DNA of 64,000 nucleotides from an uncultured delta proteobacterium (GTDB lineage: Bacteria; Desulfobacterota; Zymogenia; Zymogenales; Zymogenaceae). The notes under the pieces were generated by a model. It saw only the letters and a list, made by a program, of their open reading frames with translations. It was not told the origin of the DNA and searched no databases. Positions 26,566 to 38,250 of this stretch are shown here, in pieces. The stretch lies in assembly GCA_963792965.1 (NCBI GenBank), contig CAWBYW010000009.1, positions 32,001 through 96,000 on the forward strand, read 5' to 3'. Positions within the stretch are counted from its first letter, which is position 1. Every line of letters begins with the position of its first letter. A program made the position numbers and the translations under genes.

Positions 26566-28134
26566 CTAAGCTGGCACCGCGACGCACACAAACCCCACGT
26601 CCATGATACGCTCCCGGTATTTCTCGTAGATCGGCAGATTTTCGACCCCATAGAGAACAATAAAATCGTAGGGACACAAGCCGGAGTCCCGGTTTATCGC
26701 CTCCCTGAGCGCGTCTTCGGTAAGCGGGGTGTAGGCCCCCCCCGCGTAGTAGGCGATACGCGGATCGTCCGTCAGGATCGTCGGGCCCGGCCCGAAGTGA
26801 GAGGCGATGTACCTCCCGGCGACCTTTATAGCGAGCTTCTTGTCCTCCCAGTAGGAGGAGCCATTGATCAGGCAGACGATAATCACGGCGCCGATGAAAG
26901 CCGCCATCAGGGCTCTCTGAAGAAGAATGGACTGGTTCCTCTGCATGAGAAGGTTCTCGAATCTCGCCACGAAGAGCCTCATGCCGTAGGCCGCAAACGG
27001 CATCAGCAAAATGACCACCGGGAGAAAGTATCTCCGCGAAAAGACATGGACCTGGGTGAAATAGACAAAATCAAGTACCAGGAGGACCGCGACGACAAAC
27101 AGATAGTAGCGTCCTGTCGGCGAAAAACCCTTCCCCGTCCAGAAGCGCATGACGTTCATGGCAAGGAAGAAGAGATAGAGGCCCCAGATCGCCTCGCTCA
27201 AGAGGCCCAGGAAGACAAGCGCCATGTCGATCCCGACTCGTCCCGTGGTCATTCCCCCCATAATCTTGGATTGGTCTCCGAACCCCAGGGGAGATTGAGA
27301 GAAAAGGGACATATACTCGAGGGGCTTGCCAAGGCTCACGGAAAGACCATGGCTCTTCAGGGAAAAAACGATGATAAGAGACGCGGCGATCGTAAGCGAA
27401 ACCGAGGAAAAGGCGAGGGTGGACAGCGCACGTGCGCGCAACGTCGTCTCTCCCGTGCGCAGGTCCCGCATCCAGATGAAGAGGAGGACCGCGATGATGC
27501 AAAAGAGCCCCTCCGGCTTCGTCAGGTACGCCAGGGCGGCGAAAGAGCCGGAGAGTATCAGAAAACGATCCTTCTTCTCCTTAAGTCCCTTCCAGGCAAG
27601 GCTGAACGCCGCCACCACAAAGAAGATGCTCGTGGAGTCGCGGAGCAGGCCGGCGGCATCCACGAAGAGATAGGGATGTATCGCAAACAGGAATGCGCTG
27701 TAGCGGCCGACCGTGCGGCCGTAGAGGCCCGTGGCCGTCAGGTAAACCGGAAAGACTGTGAGCGATCCGAACAGGATCGAGAGCGCTTTGCCCGCCGTCT
27801 CATAGTCGATGCCGCATTTCCAGGCAACGGCCATGAGGAAAGGAAACAGGGGGTGAACCATCACCGCGAGATTTGTGAGCGAAAGCGAGCCCAGGTCCCC
27901 GAAGGTCTTCGCGGTCTCGATGATCGTGTATGAATCAAGATCTATTATTTGCGTCGCGAGTGACTGGAATACCCTCACGAGGATTGTGAAGACAAACAGG
28001 AGCAGGAAGACGCGGTCGATCGCGGGCGAGTTGTCTCTTAGATCGTCCCTGATTTCGTACGCGTCTTTGATATGGCTCATACTATTCTTCGACGTTTGGT
28101 TCCCTGCCAACCCTCTTCGTCTATTTTCACGCAT
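26566..28134 (-). CDS. GT-C fold glycosyltransferase (family 39/PMT-like)
   Basis: Multi-TM; DSYT, HPLFP, LRDS, AYLTKPEG, RRYFLP. Confidence 0.8.
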   Translation of the reverse strand: MRENRRRGLAGNQTSKNSMSHIKDAYEIRDDLRDNSPAIDRVFLLLFVFTILVRVFQSLATQIIDLDSYTIIETAKTFGDLGSLSLTNLAVMVHPLFPFLMAVAWKCGIDYETAGKALSILFGSLTVFPVYLTATGLYGRTVGRYSAFLFAIHPYLFVDAAGLLRDSTSIFFVVAAFSLAWKGLKEKKDRFLILSGSFAALAYLTKPEGLFCIIAVLLFIWMRDLRTGETTLRARALSTLAFSSVSLTIAASLIIVFSLKSHGLSVSLGKPLEYMSLFSQSPLGFGDQSKIMGGMTTGRVGIDMALVFLGLLSEAIWGLYLFFLAMNVMRFWTGKGFSPTGRYYLFVVAVLLVLDFVYFTQVHVFSRRYFLPVVILLMPFAAYGMRLFVARFENLLMQRNQSILLQRALMAAFIGAVIIVCLINGSSYWEDKKLAIKVAGRYIASHFGPGPTILTDDPRIAYYAGGAYTPLTEDALREAINRDSGLCPYDFIVLYGVENLPIYEKYRERIMDVGFVCVAVPA

Positions 28135-28188
28135 TTGCTCGGATTTTCGTTCTTGCGCGGTCGTCGATATCCGTTCGGGCCGGGTTGT

Positions 28189-29298
28189 TCATGAAACGTA
28201 GGAGGGGCAGCGCTCGACGATCGCCTCGATGATCATCTTGAGATCGGGCATCTCCTTTTTCACGACGGCCCAGACGTCTCGCCCATCGCACGTGCCGTCT
28301 AAGCGAGAGAGCGTCTTTCTCATCCTCGAAATCGCTTTCCAGTCTATCTCCGGGTACCTTTTCCTGTAATACCGTTCCTTTATCTTTTTCAGCTCCCGCT
28401 CGATGAGCCTGAGCTCCCCCAGAACAATCCCATGGGGTTTCCCATCGCCGGCGAACTCCTCTTCGGTGAGGCCTTTTAGCAGCTCTTCGATCCTGACTAT
28501 TGAATTCCTGATCCCGAAAACGGACAAGAGCTTCATTTCCACGCTCACCGCCTCGTCCCACCCTATTTCTCTTCTTTCAAGATCGACCAACGTTTCCCTG
28601 ATATCGGTCTGGATCTTTTCGAAAGTATCGTTTCCGATACGGCGGGGGATATATATCGGTTTTGTGCTGGTGGTGATACAGCGGGAAAAGGGCTTGGGGA
28701 TACGCGTTCCATCCCATGTCGGGAGCACCCACTCGTTTCTCCGTATAAAGGAGACCGGGACGATAGGGACGCCGCAATAACGGGCAAGCTCAACAACCCC
28801 CGCCTTCACCTCCCGGGCCGGGCCTGACGGTCCGTCGACGACCATCGCGGCGAGCGCTCCCTGATTGAGGATATCCTTCATATCCTCGAGGGCTTCTTTC
28901 CCCCGCTCCCGCGCCGAGCCTCGAACCACGTAGTATCCCAACAGGTTCAGGATGCGCGACTCGACTTCCCCCGCCTGGGACAGGGCAACCATTATCACCG
29001 TCCGGTCGTTCCATCCGAGGCGCTTGCCGATCGACTGGCTCAGCAGCATATCGCTGTGCCAGACGGCTACTGCAAACGGTTTCCCCGACGACATCAGGTC
29101 GAGCAATTCTTTGGACGCCAGCTGCCGCCAGCGGTATGTCGACGTCAACAGGTTGACAAAGACGTAGACAATCGGTGGTACGATATTTTGATAGATCCAT
29201 ATCCGGATTCTCTTATGGAGCCGCCATCTCTTCCTGATTTCATTGGTGGGCTGTTCTCTCAGTGATAATCGGCGCATCGTCTTTTTCCCTCGGAACAT
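28189..29298 (-). CDS. DUF374/lysophospholipid acyltransferase-like protein with C-terminal degenerate DUF86/HEPN domain
   Basis: WHSD, VVRGS, VDGPSGP, WDGTRIPKPFS; C-terminal YPEIDWKAISRMRKTL...VWAVVKKEMPDL. Confidence 0.8.
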   Translation of the reverse strand: MFRGKKTMRRLSLREQPTNEIRKRWRLHKRIRIWIYQNIVPPIVYVFVNLLTSTYRWRQLASKELLDLMSSGKPFAVAVWHSDMLLSQSIGKRLGWNDRTVIMVALSQAGEVESRILNLLGYYVVRGSARERGKEALEDMKDILNQGALAAMVVDGPSGPAREVKAGVVELARYCGVPIVPVSFIRRNEWVLPTWDGTRIPKPFSRCITTSTKPIYIPRRIGNDTFEKIQTDIRETLVDLERREIGWDEAVSVEMKLLSVFGIRNSIVRIEELLKGLTEEEFAGDGKPHGIVLGELRLIERELKKIKERYYRKRYPEIDWKAISRMRKTLSRLDGTCDGRDVWAVVKKEMPDLKMIIEAIVERCPSYVS

Positions 29299-29337
29299 TC
29301 AACTCCTCATACAAAATCCCCTGGCCCTTCCCTGAGC

Positions 29338-29367
29338 ATAGTAAGTGACCCTCGGGCCGCTTGTCAA
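29338..29367 (-). promoter_or_regulatory. Putative sigma70 promoter
   Basis: TTGACA-18 nt-TACTAT on the minus strand. Confidence 0.45.
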
Positions 29368-29599
29368 CAGCTAAATTCCGGAGCGAAAGCCTGTGCCGAT
29401 AAGGTTTCTTGCCCCCTGTATCGTATCGCCACGCGGCCAGCGAGCGGGCGCCTCGTCCGACCCACGTACCTCCCCGTGACTTTTCTGCAAAGGAGATGAT
29501 CCGTGAAAAAGATTACGGACCCACGCCTTTGCGTGAGTCCGTGATGTCGGCGCGGCCGGGGGCGCCCCGCCCGAACGGCCACAAGATACCGAGGAAGGT

Positions 29600-30944
29600 C
29601 TACTTTACGCTCTTCTTGCCCTTTGAAGCCGTCGATCCGTCGTCCTTCTCCGCCCGCACCTTCGCGATGCGGTTTTGCTCAACGTCGATGACGGTGAACT
29701 TGTAGCCGTCCTGGTGAATCACCTCTCCCCCCTTCGGCATCGCCTGGAGGCGGGAAAGAATCATCCCCGCGATCGTCTCGTACGCCTCCGAGTCGGTAAG
29801 GGTAAGGCCCCAGATGTTGATCAGATCGCGGATCGATGTAGAGCCGTCGATGACGAACGTGCCGTCCTTGAATTTCTTTACCATATCGCCCGGGCCTACC
29901 TTACTCTCGTCCTCGATTTCTCCGACGATCTCCTCGAAGAGGTCCTCCATCGTTACCAGGCCCGAGATACCGCCGTATTCATCCACGACCAGGGCCAGGT
30001 GCATCCTCTTGGTCTGCATCTCCTTGAGGAGGTCCGAGATGAGCTTGAACTCCGGGACGAAATAGGGGGGAAGCACGATCTCCTTGATCTTGAAGGGCCG
30101 CCTGCTCACGATCCGGCTCAGAACCTCTTTACTGTTGAGAACCCCCACGATCTTGTCGAGGTTTCCGTCGTAGACCGGGGTAGCGGGTAAACCCCTTCTC
30201 GACGATGAACTTGAGGACCTCGTTCTTGCCCCACTCGATATCCACGGCCATGATCTTCGGGTGGGGTACCATGACCTCCTTCACGTGACGGTCGGCAAAG
30301 TCGAAGATCGAGTGGATCAGCTCGTGCTCGGTCTCGTCGATGACCCCCTTTTCCTCTCCTTCCTTGAGGATCTGGAGGATCTCCTCCTCGGTGATGAATG
30401 ACGAATCGGTCTTCTTGGCCAGTCCCATCATGCTCAGCACAAAGTGGTTGGAGAGGGTCAGGAACCTGACCGCGGGGTAAGCCGCCTTCGAGAGGAAGTT
30501 GATCGGGCCGGAGACGACGAGGGCGATCTTTTCCGAATACCTGATGGCGAGCGATTTGGGAACGAGCTCCCCGACCACGAGCGTAAAATAGGAGATCAGC
30601 ACCACCACGATTATGATGGAAATGGCCTCTGCCGAGCCGGAGATAAACGAGACGGGAATCCTCTCTATGAGGCCCGGCAGAAAGTGCACCGCCGCCGCGC
30701 CCCCGACGGCGGACGCCAAGGATGCGACCAGCGTCACCCCGATCTGCGTGGTGGAGAGAAATTTCTCCGGGTCTTCCTTCAACGACAAGAGATCGGCCGC
30801 GCCGGGCTTCTTCTGTTCCACCAGCGACTTGACGCGGCTCTTGCGGGAGGTGATGATCGCGATCTCCGACCCGGCGAAGAACCCGTTGATGATGATGAGG
30901 GCAAAGATCAATATGACTTCAAGTATGAACGTTTCGGTAGACAT
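29600..30944 (-). CDS. CNNM/DUF21-CBS-CorC (hemolysin family) protein (frameshift at ~30180)
   Basis: [35 protein letters not shown]. Confidence 0.9.
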
Positions 30945-30999
30945 CGTTATCCCTTACTATATATATATAAAGGAGCGCCGCCGGGCGCGGGGCCGCCCG

Positions 31000-32250
31000 C
31001 TATCCCTCAATAGCGGCGCTGCGCAGGGCCCGGCTTGTGGCCGTCAACCCCGTTATGGCCAGGAGCGCCGTCCCCGCCGCGAAGAAGATGACTGTGAGCC
31101 CCGCGTGGGCCAACAGGCCCGTCAGCGCGTACGAGATCGGCTCAAAGCCGATCGCCGCCACCGCGGTGATCCCCATGATGCGCCCCCGCATCCCCTCTCC
31201 CGACTGGATCTGGAGCCAGGTGGTGATGATTACTTCTATCCATCCGTTGGAGACCCCCGTCACGAAATTGACGAGAAGAACCACGATGAGAGGCGGAAGC
31301 AGCCCGAAGATGAGCATACCCGTCCCCATGACGACGCCGGCGGTGATCAGCGCCGCTCCCGCCCGGCGTATGACCGAGACTCCCGCGACCAGGGCGCCGA
31401 TAAAGCCGCCCAGCCCCCATGCCGATATGATCAAACCAAAGGACCGCGCCCCGGAGAAGTGCGTGTCGGCCATGATGCTGCCGCCGATTATCACCGGTCC
31501 GATGAGCGTAAGGTTGATCCCCGCAAGCAACACGATGACGGCCCGAACGGAACGATTGCGCCACGAATAGGCAAATCCCTCGCGTATTTCCCCCAGAAAG
31601 TCGCGGCAGCCGCGCATCGGTTTGGTATGGTCGGATAGGGCCTCGTCCCCCCTAATGCGGATAAACGCCATCACCGAAAGACAGGCGGCGACCACGCTTA
31701 CGGCAAGCGCCGTGCCGGTGCCGAAATATCCGACGACCAGACCCGAAAGCCCCGGCCCGACGACGGTCGTCATGTAGGTCATGAGGCTGAAGACCGAGTT
31801 TGCGGAGTTCAGGTTCGCGGTGTCGACGACCCGGGGAATCAGCACGTTTGCCGCCGGATAGGCTATCGGATCCACGATGCCCAAAAGCATCGCGACGGCG
31901 TAGAGGTGCCATATGTGGACTGACCCGGTAAAGACAAGGGCCGCGAGCCCCGCGGTGATAATGGCGTCGCCTGAGCTGGAAAAGATCAATATTGCCTTCG
32001 GCGAAAATCTGTCGGCAACGGCCCCACCGAATATCATGAAGAGCGCCCGCGGGATTGCCGCCGTCGCCAACACGGAGCCGAGGACAAGACCGGAGCCGGT
32101 GATCTTGAGAGCGAGCCAGGTGAGTGCGATGAAGTAGAACATGCTCCCGATGAGCGAGGCCGCATACCCAAGCGATAGCCAGCGAAAGGTGGGAAACCCG
32201 AGCGGGGTCAGCAAGCCCCTTGTCATGGAGAGTGACGCGGAGTCCACCAT
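31000..32250 (-). CDS. MFS transporter (DHA3-like)
   Basis: About 12 TM; GGAVADRF, EIREGFAY, MRGRIMG. Confidence 0.88.
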   Translation of the reverse strand: MVDSASLSMTRGLLTPLGFPTFRWLSLGYAASLIGSMFYFIALTWLALKITGSGLVLGSVLATAAIPRALFMIFGGAVADRFSPKAILIFSSSGDAIITAGLAALVFTGSVHIWHLYAVAMLLGIVDPIAYPAANVLIPRVVDTANLNSANSVFSLMTYMTTVVGPGLSGLVVGYFGTGTALAVSVVAACLSVMAFIRIRGDEALSDHTKPMRGCRDFLGEIREGFAYSWRNRSVRAVIVLLAGINLTLIGPVIIGGSIMADTHFSGARSFGLIISAWGLGGFIGALVAGVSVIRRAGAALITAGVVMGTGMLIFGLLPPLIVVLLVNFVTGVSNGWIEVIITTWLQIQSGEGMRGRIMGITAVAAIGFEPISYALTGLLAHAGLTVIFFAAGTALLAITGLTATSRALRSAAIEG

Positions 32251-32444
32251 CCTTACCTCACCCCTCGGCGCTCGCCGGAAGGATAGTCAAAACAAGACGA
32301 TTGCCGCCTGGAGGAACGTCCGGTTGTTTCCTGTTTCCGGCAGCGGGCAGCGGCAAGGCCCGTCGGACCTCTAATGCCGCCTCTGGGCCTCAGGGAGAAC
32401 GAGCGCCCCGGGCCTTGAGCATCATAGGGACGGCAGAGGTCCCC

Positions 32445-34046
32445 TCACGTAGACTTCTTGGTAAACGAGGTGACGATGATGTCTTCCTGCGGCTTGGGCG
32501 CCTCCTCCTTCGTGGCGAAGGTGGGCTCATACTTCTCCGGCTTGCTGGCCAGCACGGCCCGGTTGAATGCCCAGCTCTTGATCCGCTTGATCTGTTCCTT
32601 CATGGTCTTGGACAGCGGCACCATACGGCCGATGCCCCTCATGAGGTCGTCCATGGTAAGAGCACGCTTATCGTTGAAGGCGTCAAAGAGAGCCGCCAGG
32701 ACGCACTGCTCAATCTCCGCGCCGTTGTATCCCTCGGTGGCCTTGGCCAGGTCCAGGAGGTTGAAGCTGTTGGGATCCTGGTTTCTCTTCTTGAGGTGGA
32801 CGGCAAATACCTGCTTGCGCTCCGTGACGCCCGGCAGGTCAACGAAGAAGATCTCGTCGAAACGGCCTTTTCTGAGGATCTCCGGGGGGAGCATATCGAT
32901 CTCATTTGCGGTGGCCGCCACGAAGACGTTTCCCTGCTTCTCCTGCATCCAGGTCAGGAACATGGCGAAGATCCTGCCGACGATGAGGTCCCGCTTCTCG
33001 CCGCCGTACGAACCGATCCCCTTCTCCACCTCGTCGATCCAGAGGACGCAGGGGCTCATGGCCTCGACGGTCTTGAGGGCGGCGTGCAGCGTCTCCTCCG
33101 GGGAGCCCATCACGCCGCTATAGACCCGGTTCATGTCCAGGCGCACCAGCGGCAGGTTCCAGTAGGAGGAGATGGCCTGGACGGTGACGCTCTTGCCGCA
33201 CCCCGAGATCCCGGTCATGAGGACACCCTTCGGGGGGGAAAGCCCGTATTTCTTGGCCTCGGGCGAGAAGCTCTTGGTCCGCGCCTCGAGCCACGCCTTC
33301 AGGTTTTCCAGTCCTCCGATTTCCTGTATGCTCGGTTTTTTTGCGATGAACTCGAGGATGCCGCTCTTGCGGATGAGCTGCTGTTTCTCCTCCAGGACGA
33401 TCTCGAGCGCGGAGATATCGAGGACCTGGCGGCCGAGCATCGCCTTGGTGAGGGCGTTCTTGGCCTCGTCCATCGTAAGGCCCGTGACCGCCTGAATGAG
33501 CGTTTCCTTCTGTGCCTCCGTCAGGTTTACCTTCATCCCCTTCGTCTTGACGAACGATTCGAGGATCGAATTGAAAAGGACGACCAGCTCCTCCGGAGAG
33601 GGGAGCTCCAGGTCGACGACCGACATCTCCTTATTGAGCTCAAACGGCATCGAGAGGACCGGCGCCACGATGAATATCGTCTTGTACGAGCCGCTCAGCG
33701 CGTCGTAGCTGTCGCGGAGCTTCCGGGTGAGAATCGGATTATGTTCCATATCCCGGTGGAGGTCTTTGAAAAGAAAGAGCGCGTTTTCCGCGACGCCCAT
33801 CACCTTGTCGAGGGCCGCGATGGGGTCCTTGGTCCCCTCGATCGATTTTCCGCCGAGCGTCAACCCCGTGGTGGATTCCCAGATGAAAAACTTGACGGGA
33901 TTTGAAAACATCGTCTTCGCCAGCTTGTCCAGGAGTTTTTCGAGCCGGTCTTCCTCCCACGTCACCACGTAGATAAGGGACTGCCGCGCCGAAATGAGCC
34001 TCCTGATGGTATCGAGGCTCTTGCCTCGTTCGCGTGTTACCTCCAT
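32445..34046 (-). CDS. AAA+ ATPase, Ycf46-like
   Basis: TWEEDR, FKDLH degenerate first domain; GISGCGKS, LWIDEVEK, LRKGRFDEIFFVDLP. Confidence 0.9.
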   Translation of the reverse strand: MEVTRERGKSLDTIRRLISARQSLIYVVTWEEDRLEKLLDKLAKTMFSNPVKFFIWESTTGLTLGGKSIEGTKDPIAALDKVMGVAENALFLFKDLHRDMEHNPILTRKLRDSYDALSGSYKTIFIVAPVLSMPFELNKEMSVVDLELPSPEELVVLFNSILESFVKTKGMKVNLTEAQKETLIQAVTGLTMDEAKNALTKAMLGRQVLDISALEIVLEEKQQLIRKSGILEFIAKKPSIQEIGGLENLKAWLEARTKSFSPEAKKYGLSPPKGVLMTGISGCGKSVTVQAISSYWNLPLVRLDMNRVYSGVMGSPEETLHAALKTVEAMSPCVLWIDEVEKGIGSYGGEKRDLIVGRIFAMFLTWMQEKQGNVFVAATANEIDMLPPEILRKGRFDEIFFVDLPGVTERKQVFAVHLKKRNQDPNSFNLLDLAKATEGYNGAEIEQCVLAALFDAFNDKRALTMDDLMRGIGRMVPLSKTMKEQIKRIKSWAFNRAVLASKPEKYEPTFATKEEAPKPQEDIIVTSFTKKST

Positions 34047-34064
34047 ATCTCCCCGTTCCTGCCG

Positions 34065-34673
34065 TTAATGAACAAGTTTTATCGCCTGCATCAGGTCCTC
34101 GGCGATCATCTCTCGCTTGCTCTTCTCGATCAGGTAGTTTGTGCCGGTCTGCAGATACGACGGAAAGAACCTCTTATCGTCAAGGTAGAACTGATGCTTC
34201 CGTATCTTATAGGTCGAGCCCACCGGGATGACCTTCTTCCCATCGCGGCGTTTCGTTATGTAGTTCATCGACTTGATGGCCACATCCCCCATCAACAGGA
34301 AGACCGACGCTGAGGGAAAGAGCGCTATTTCCTTTTCTAAGAGATATGAGCACGTCTTTATCGTGTCGGTGGCGATCGAGTAGCGCGTCTTTGCGCACTT
34401 GACCGCCGTGGTCATATAGACGCCCCGGGCAACGATATCCGCCATATCCGAGACGTCAGCCCCCGCATCGTGAAACGCCTGGAGCGTCGTCTTCAGATGG
34501 AAGGGCTCTCCCGACGAGTAGAAATAGTCCTTCGGGTCCGTCGGGGGCGCTTCAGATATCATGACGATTTTTATCTTCCCGGGATCGATTTCCACCGACG
34601 GCGCCGCGTGCGCGTCCTTGTCTACACCCAGGCAGGGGAAACCTTTGCAGCGTATGATGTCGGAAGGTTTCAT
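34065..34673 (-). CDS. Uracil-DNA glycosylase superfamily protein
   Basis: IVMISEAP, YMTTAVKC, LLMGDVA. Confidence 0.75.
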   Translation of the reverse strand: MKPSDIIRCKGFPCLGVDKDAHAAPSVEIDPGKIKIVMISEAPPTDPKDYFYSSGEPFHLKTTLQAFHDAGADVSDMADIVARGVYMTTAVKCAKTRYSIATDTIKTCSYLLEKEIALFPSASVFLLMGDVAIKSMNYITKRRDGKKVIPVGSTYKIRKHQFYLDDKRFFPSYLQTGTNYLIEKSKREMIAEDLMQAIKLVH

Positions 34674-34764
34674 TTCAACAGCTGTCGCCAGCCCTCATAA
34701 CCGTCGACCTCTTTTGGGCCATATCATCTCACATCAACAGCGTGGTTGTCAAGGTTTAAAAGGA

Positions 34765-34793
34765 TTGACGATTTCGGTCCCGTTTGATACATT
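34765..34793 (+). promoter_or_regulatory. Putative sigma70 promoter for polA
   Basis: TTGACG-17 nt-TACATT with TG extension. Confidence 0.5.
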
Positions 34794-34827
34794 GGTTATA
34801 TTCAATCCCATTCTCATGGGGGACTCC

Positions 34828-37495
34828 ATGGCAAAAAGAAAGAAGGTCGCGCTTATCGACGGCAGCTCTTACATCTACCGGGCCTTCTACGCCGTCAGGG
34901 GGCTTGCCAACTCGAAGGGTTTCCCGACCGGCGCCGTCTACGGCTTTGTCGGAATGCTCAGAAAGGTGATCAACGATATCGGCCCGGACTACGTCGTGGT
35001 CGCCTACGACGCCAAGGGGCCGACATTTCGCCATGAGGTCTACCCGCAGTACAAGGCCAACCGGCCCGAGATGCCTGACGATCTCAAACCACAGATCAAG
35101 AAGATCAAGGAGCTGGTGGCCGCTTACAATATCGAGAGCCTCGAGGTGGGGGGGTATGAGGCCGACGACATCATCGCCGAAATCGCGAAGAGACTCCCCC
35201 CCGATCTGGACGTTATCATCGTCACGGGTGACAAGGACATGGCCCAGCTCGTCTCGGACCGGGTTACCCTCCTGGATACCATGAAGGACAAGGTCACGGA
35301 TCTGTCCGCCGTCAGGGAGAAATTCGGCACCGACCCCGCGGGGCTTGCGGAGATCTACGGGCTCGCCGGCGATTCGTCGGACAACATCCCCGGGGTGCCG
35401 GGGATCGGCGAGAAGGGAGCCGTTGAGCTGATCAAAAAGTACGGGACAATCGACGAGCTCCTCAGGCACAAGGACGATCTCACCGGGAAGAGACGCGAGC
35501 TCCTCGAGAAATACGGCGACCAGGCCCTCCTCTCAAAACGGCTCTTCATCCTCGATCACGCGGTGCCTGTCGATGTGAACCTTGACTCGATGAGACTTGC
35601 CCCTCCCGATATCGAAAAGCTGAAAGAACTCTTCTCAGACCTCGAGTTCCACACCTACCTCAGGGAGCTCGAGCGGCCCGGTGCGGGTATCTCCATCCCC
35701 TGGGAAGCGGTGATGGACGAAGCGGCCCTCGAACGGGTGATCCGCAACGCCGAGAAAGCCCCGATCCTCGCCGTCGACCTCGAGACGACATCGATCGACC
35801 CGATGGACGCAAAGATCGTCGGCGTTTCGCTCTGCTGTGCCGAGGATAAGGCATATTACATTCCGCTCGCACACAATTATCTCGGCGCGCCCGCGCAAAT
35901 CGACAGAGACAAGGCGCTTGAGACCCTACGGCCCCTGTTGACCTCGCGGACCGTCCCGAAAGCGGGTCAGAATATCAAGTACGATTATGTCGTCGCGCGA
36001 AACCATGGGATCGAGATATCCCCGGTGGCGTTCGACACGATGGTTGCCTCCTACGTCATCAACCCTTCCCGCAGGACCCACAACCTGGAGACGATTTCGC
36101 TGGAATACCTGGGCCACCGGCCCATCAGCTACAAGGACGTGGCGGGCACCGGCAAGGCGCAGGTCTCCTTCGACCAGGTCCCCGTGGAGGAGGCCGCCCA
36201 CTATTCCGCCGAAGACGCCTACCTCACCTACCGGCTCGTCCCGATCCTCAAACGGAAGATGGAAGAGCTCTCGCTCGTCCGCCTCTTCAGGGATATCGAG
36301 GTCCCCCTGATACTCGTCCTTGCCGACATGGAGATGACGGGCGTGCTGATCGACAAGGCGGCGCTTGCCGAGATTTCGGGAGAATTCGCCAAGAAGATCG
36401 TCGGGCTCGAGGAAAAGATCACGGACGAGGCGGGCGAGCGCTTCAATATCAACTCGACCCAGCAGCTCTCCCGCATCCTCTTCGAGAAGCTGAAGCTCGG
36501 CGCCGGCCGAAAAACAAAGACCGGCCTTTCCACCGACAGCGACGTGCTGGCATCCCTTGCGTCGGCACATCCCATCGTCCCGGACATCCTCGAGTATCGG
36601 ACGCTTTCCAAGCTGAAATCGACCTACGTTGACGCCCTGCCCAAGCTGATCAACCCGCGCACCGGTCGCATCCATACGTCCTTCAACCAGACCGTCGCCG
36701 CGACGGGGAGGCTCTCCTCGTCTGACCCCAACCTCCAGAACATCCCGATCCGCACCCCCGAGGGGAGGAGGATCCGGGCGGCCTTCATCCCGCGGGAGGG
36801 GTGCGTGCTGGTGAGCGCGGACTATTCCCAGATCGAGCTGAGGTTGCTCGCCCATTTCTGCGGCGATCCTGCCCTGACCCAGACATTCTTCAGGGACGAG
36901 GATATCCATGCCTCAACCGCGGCGACGATATTTTCGGTGGATCAGAAAGACGTCACGACCGAAATGAGGCGCAAGGCCAAGACCATCAATTTCGGGATTA
37001 TCTACGGCATCTCTCCCCACGGCCTGGCCCGGGAGCTCTCCATCCCCCACATCGAGGCCAAGGAGTTCATCGATACCTATTTCGCCAGGTTCTCCCGTGT
37101 CAAGCAGTACCTCGACGATGTCATGGCACAGGCCGAGAAGGACGGCTACGTCACCACGATCATGGATCGCCGCCGCTACCTCCCTGAGCTCAAGAGCTCG
37201 GACCGGAACGTGAAGGCATTCGCCCAGCGGATGGCCGTCAACACCCCGATCCAGGGGAGCGCCGCGGACCTGATCAAGATGACGATGATCAACTTGTTCA
37301 GACAGGATCAAGAATGAGCGCCTCGCGACGAAGATGATCCTGCAGGTGCACGATGAGCTCGTCTTCGAGACGCCGAAAGATGAGGAAGAGCGCGTCTGCG
37401 CTCTCGTGAAGGAGGAGATGGAGGGGGTCATGAAGCTCTCGGTGCCGCTGAGGGTCGATATCGACAGCGGGAAGAACTGGGCCGAGGCGCATTGA
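34828..37495 (+). CDS. polA: DNA polymerase I (frameshift at ~37300)
   Basis: 5'-3' exo (LIDGSS, EADD, GDSSDNIPG), 3'-5' exo DLET, motifs DYSQIELR and KTINFGIIYG; LQVHDELVFE...NWAEAH in the shifted frame. Confidence 0.97.
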
Positions 37496-37577
37496 GGCGC
37501 GCCGGGAGCGCGATGTTTACCCGGCGGCGGTACACATGCCGCCGCACATGACAGCCAATAATAAAAATGAACGGGTA

Positions 37578-38222
37578 ATGAAGACCATGCCCACCGAACT
37601 CTCCGTCACCATCCCCTCCGGCGATGTGACGCTGGAGGGGGCGCTCGCCGCGGCCTTACCCGGAGCGCCCGCCGTCGTCATCTGCCACCCCCACCCGGAC
37701 TACGGCGGCAGCATGGAAAACAACGTCGTCTACGCCGTCCGGGACACGGCTATATCCCTCGGGCTGGCGGTGTTACGCTTCAACTTCCGGGGCGTGGGCG
37801 ACAGCGGCGGCCACTCCACCGGAGAGCTGATGGACGCCCGTGACGTGGGCGCGGCGGTCGACTTCATCGCGAGCCATAAGGATCTCACCCCAAAGGCGAT
37901 TTACCTCGTCGGATACTCCTACGGGGCCTGGGTGGGGATTTTTCATGCGGTATCCGACGAGCGGATTTCGGCCTGGGCCGCGATATCCCCGCCGACGGGG
38001 CTCCTGGACTTCTCCTATCTCGTGGGCAGCCCCGTGCCCAAGCTGATCGTTACCGGCGACGCGGACTACTTTGTATCCATGGAAGAGCTCAAGAAGATCT
38101 ATGACCGCCTCGCCGAGCCGAAGCGGTTTGCCACCATCAAGGGGGCCGACCACTTCTACTGGGGTCACGAGAACCTTCTCAAAAAGGAAGTGGGATCGTT
38201 CTTGCGAGAAGCGACCGCGTAG
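37578..38222 (+). CDS. Alpha/beta hydrolase
   Basis: CHPHPDYGG, RFNFRGVG, GYSYG nucleophile, ADHF. Confidence 0.9.
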   Translation: MKTMPTELSVTIPSGDVTLEGALAAALPGAPAVVICHPHPDYGGSMENNVVYAVRDTAISLGLAVLRFNFRGVGDSGGHSTGELMDARDVGAAVDFIASHKDLTPKAIYLVGYSYGAWVGIFHAVSDERISAWAAISPPTGLLDFSYLVGSPVPKLIVTGDADYFVSMEELKKIYDRLAEPKRFATIKGADHFYWGHENLLKKEVGSFLREATA

Positions 38223-38250
38223 CATCCCGGCATGACATCGAGAGAAAATC

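Noticed and set aside
34561-34827. N-terminal extension of PolA in the ORF track
   Set aside because: It overlaps the divergent UDG gene and the promoter; homology starts at ATG 34828
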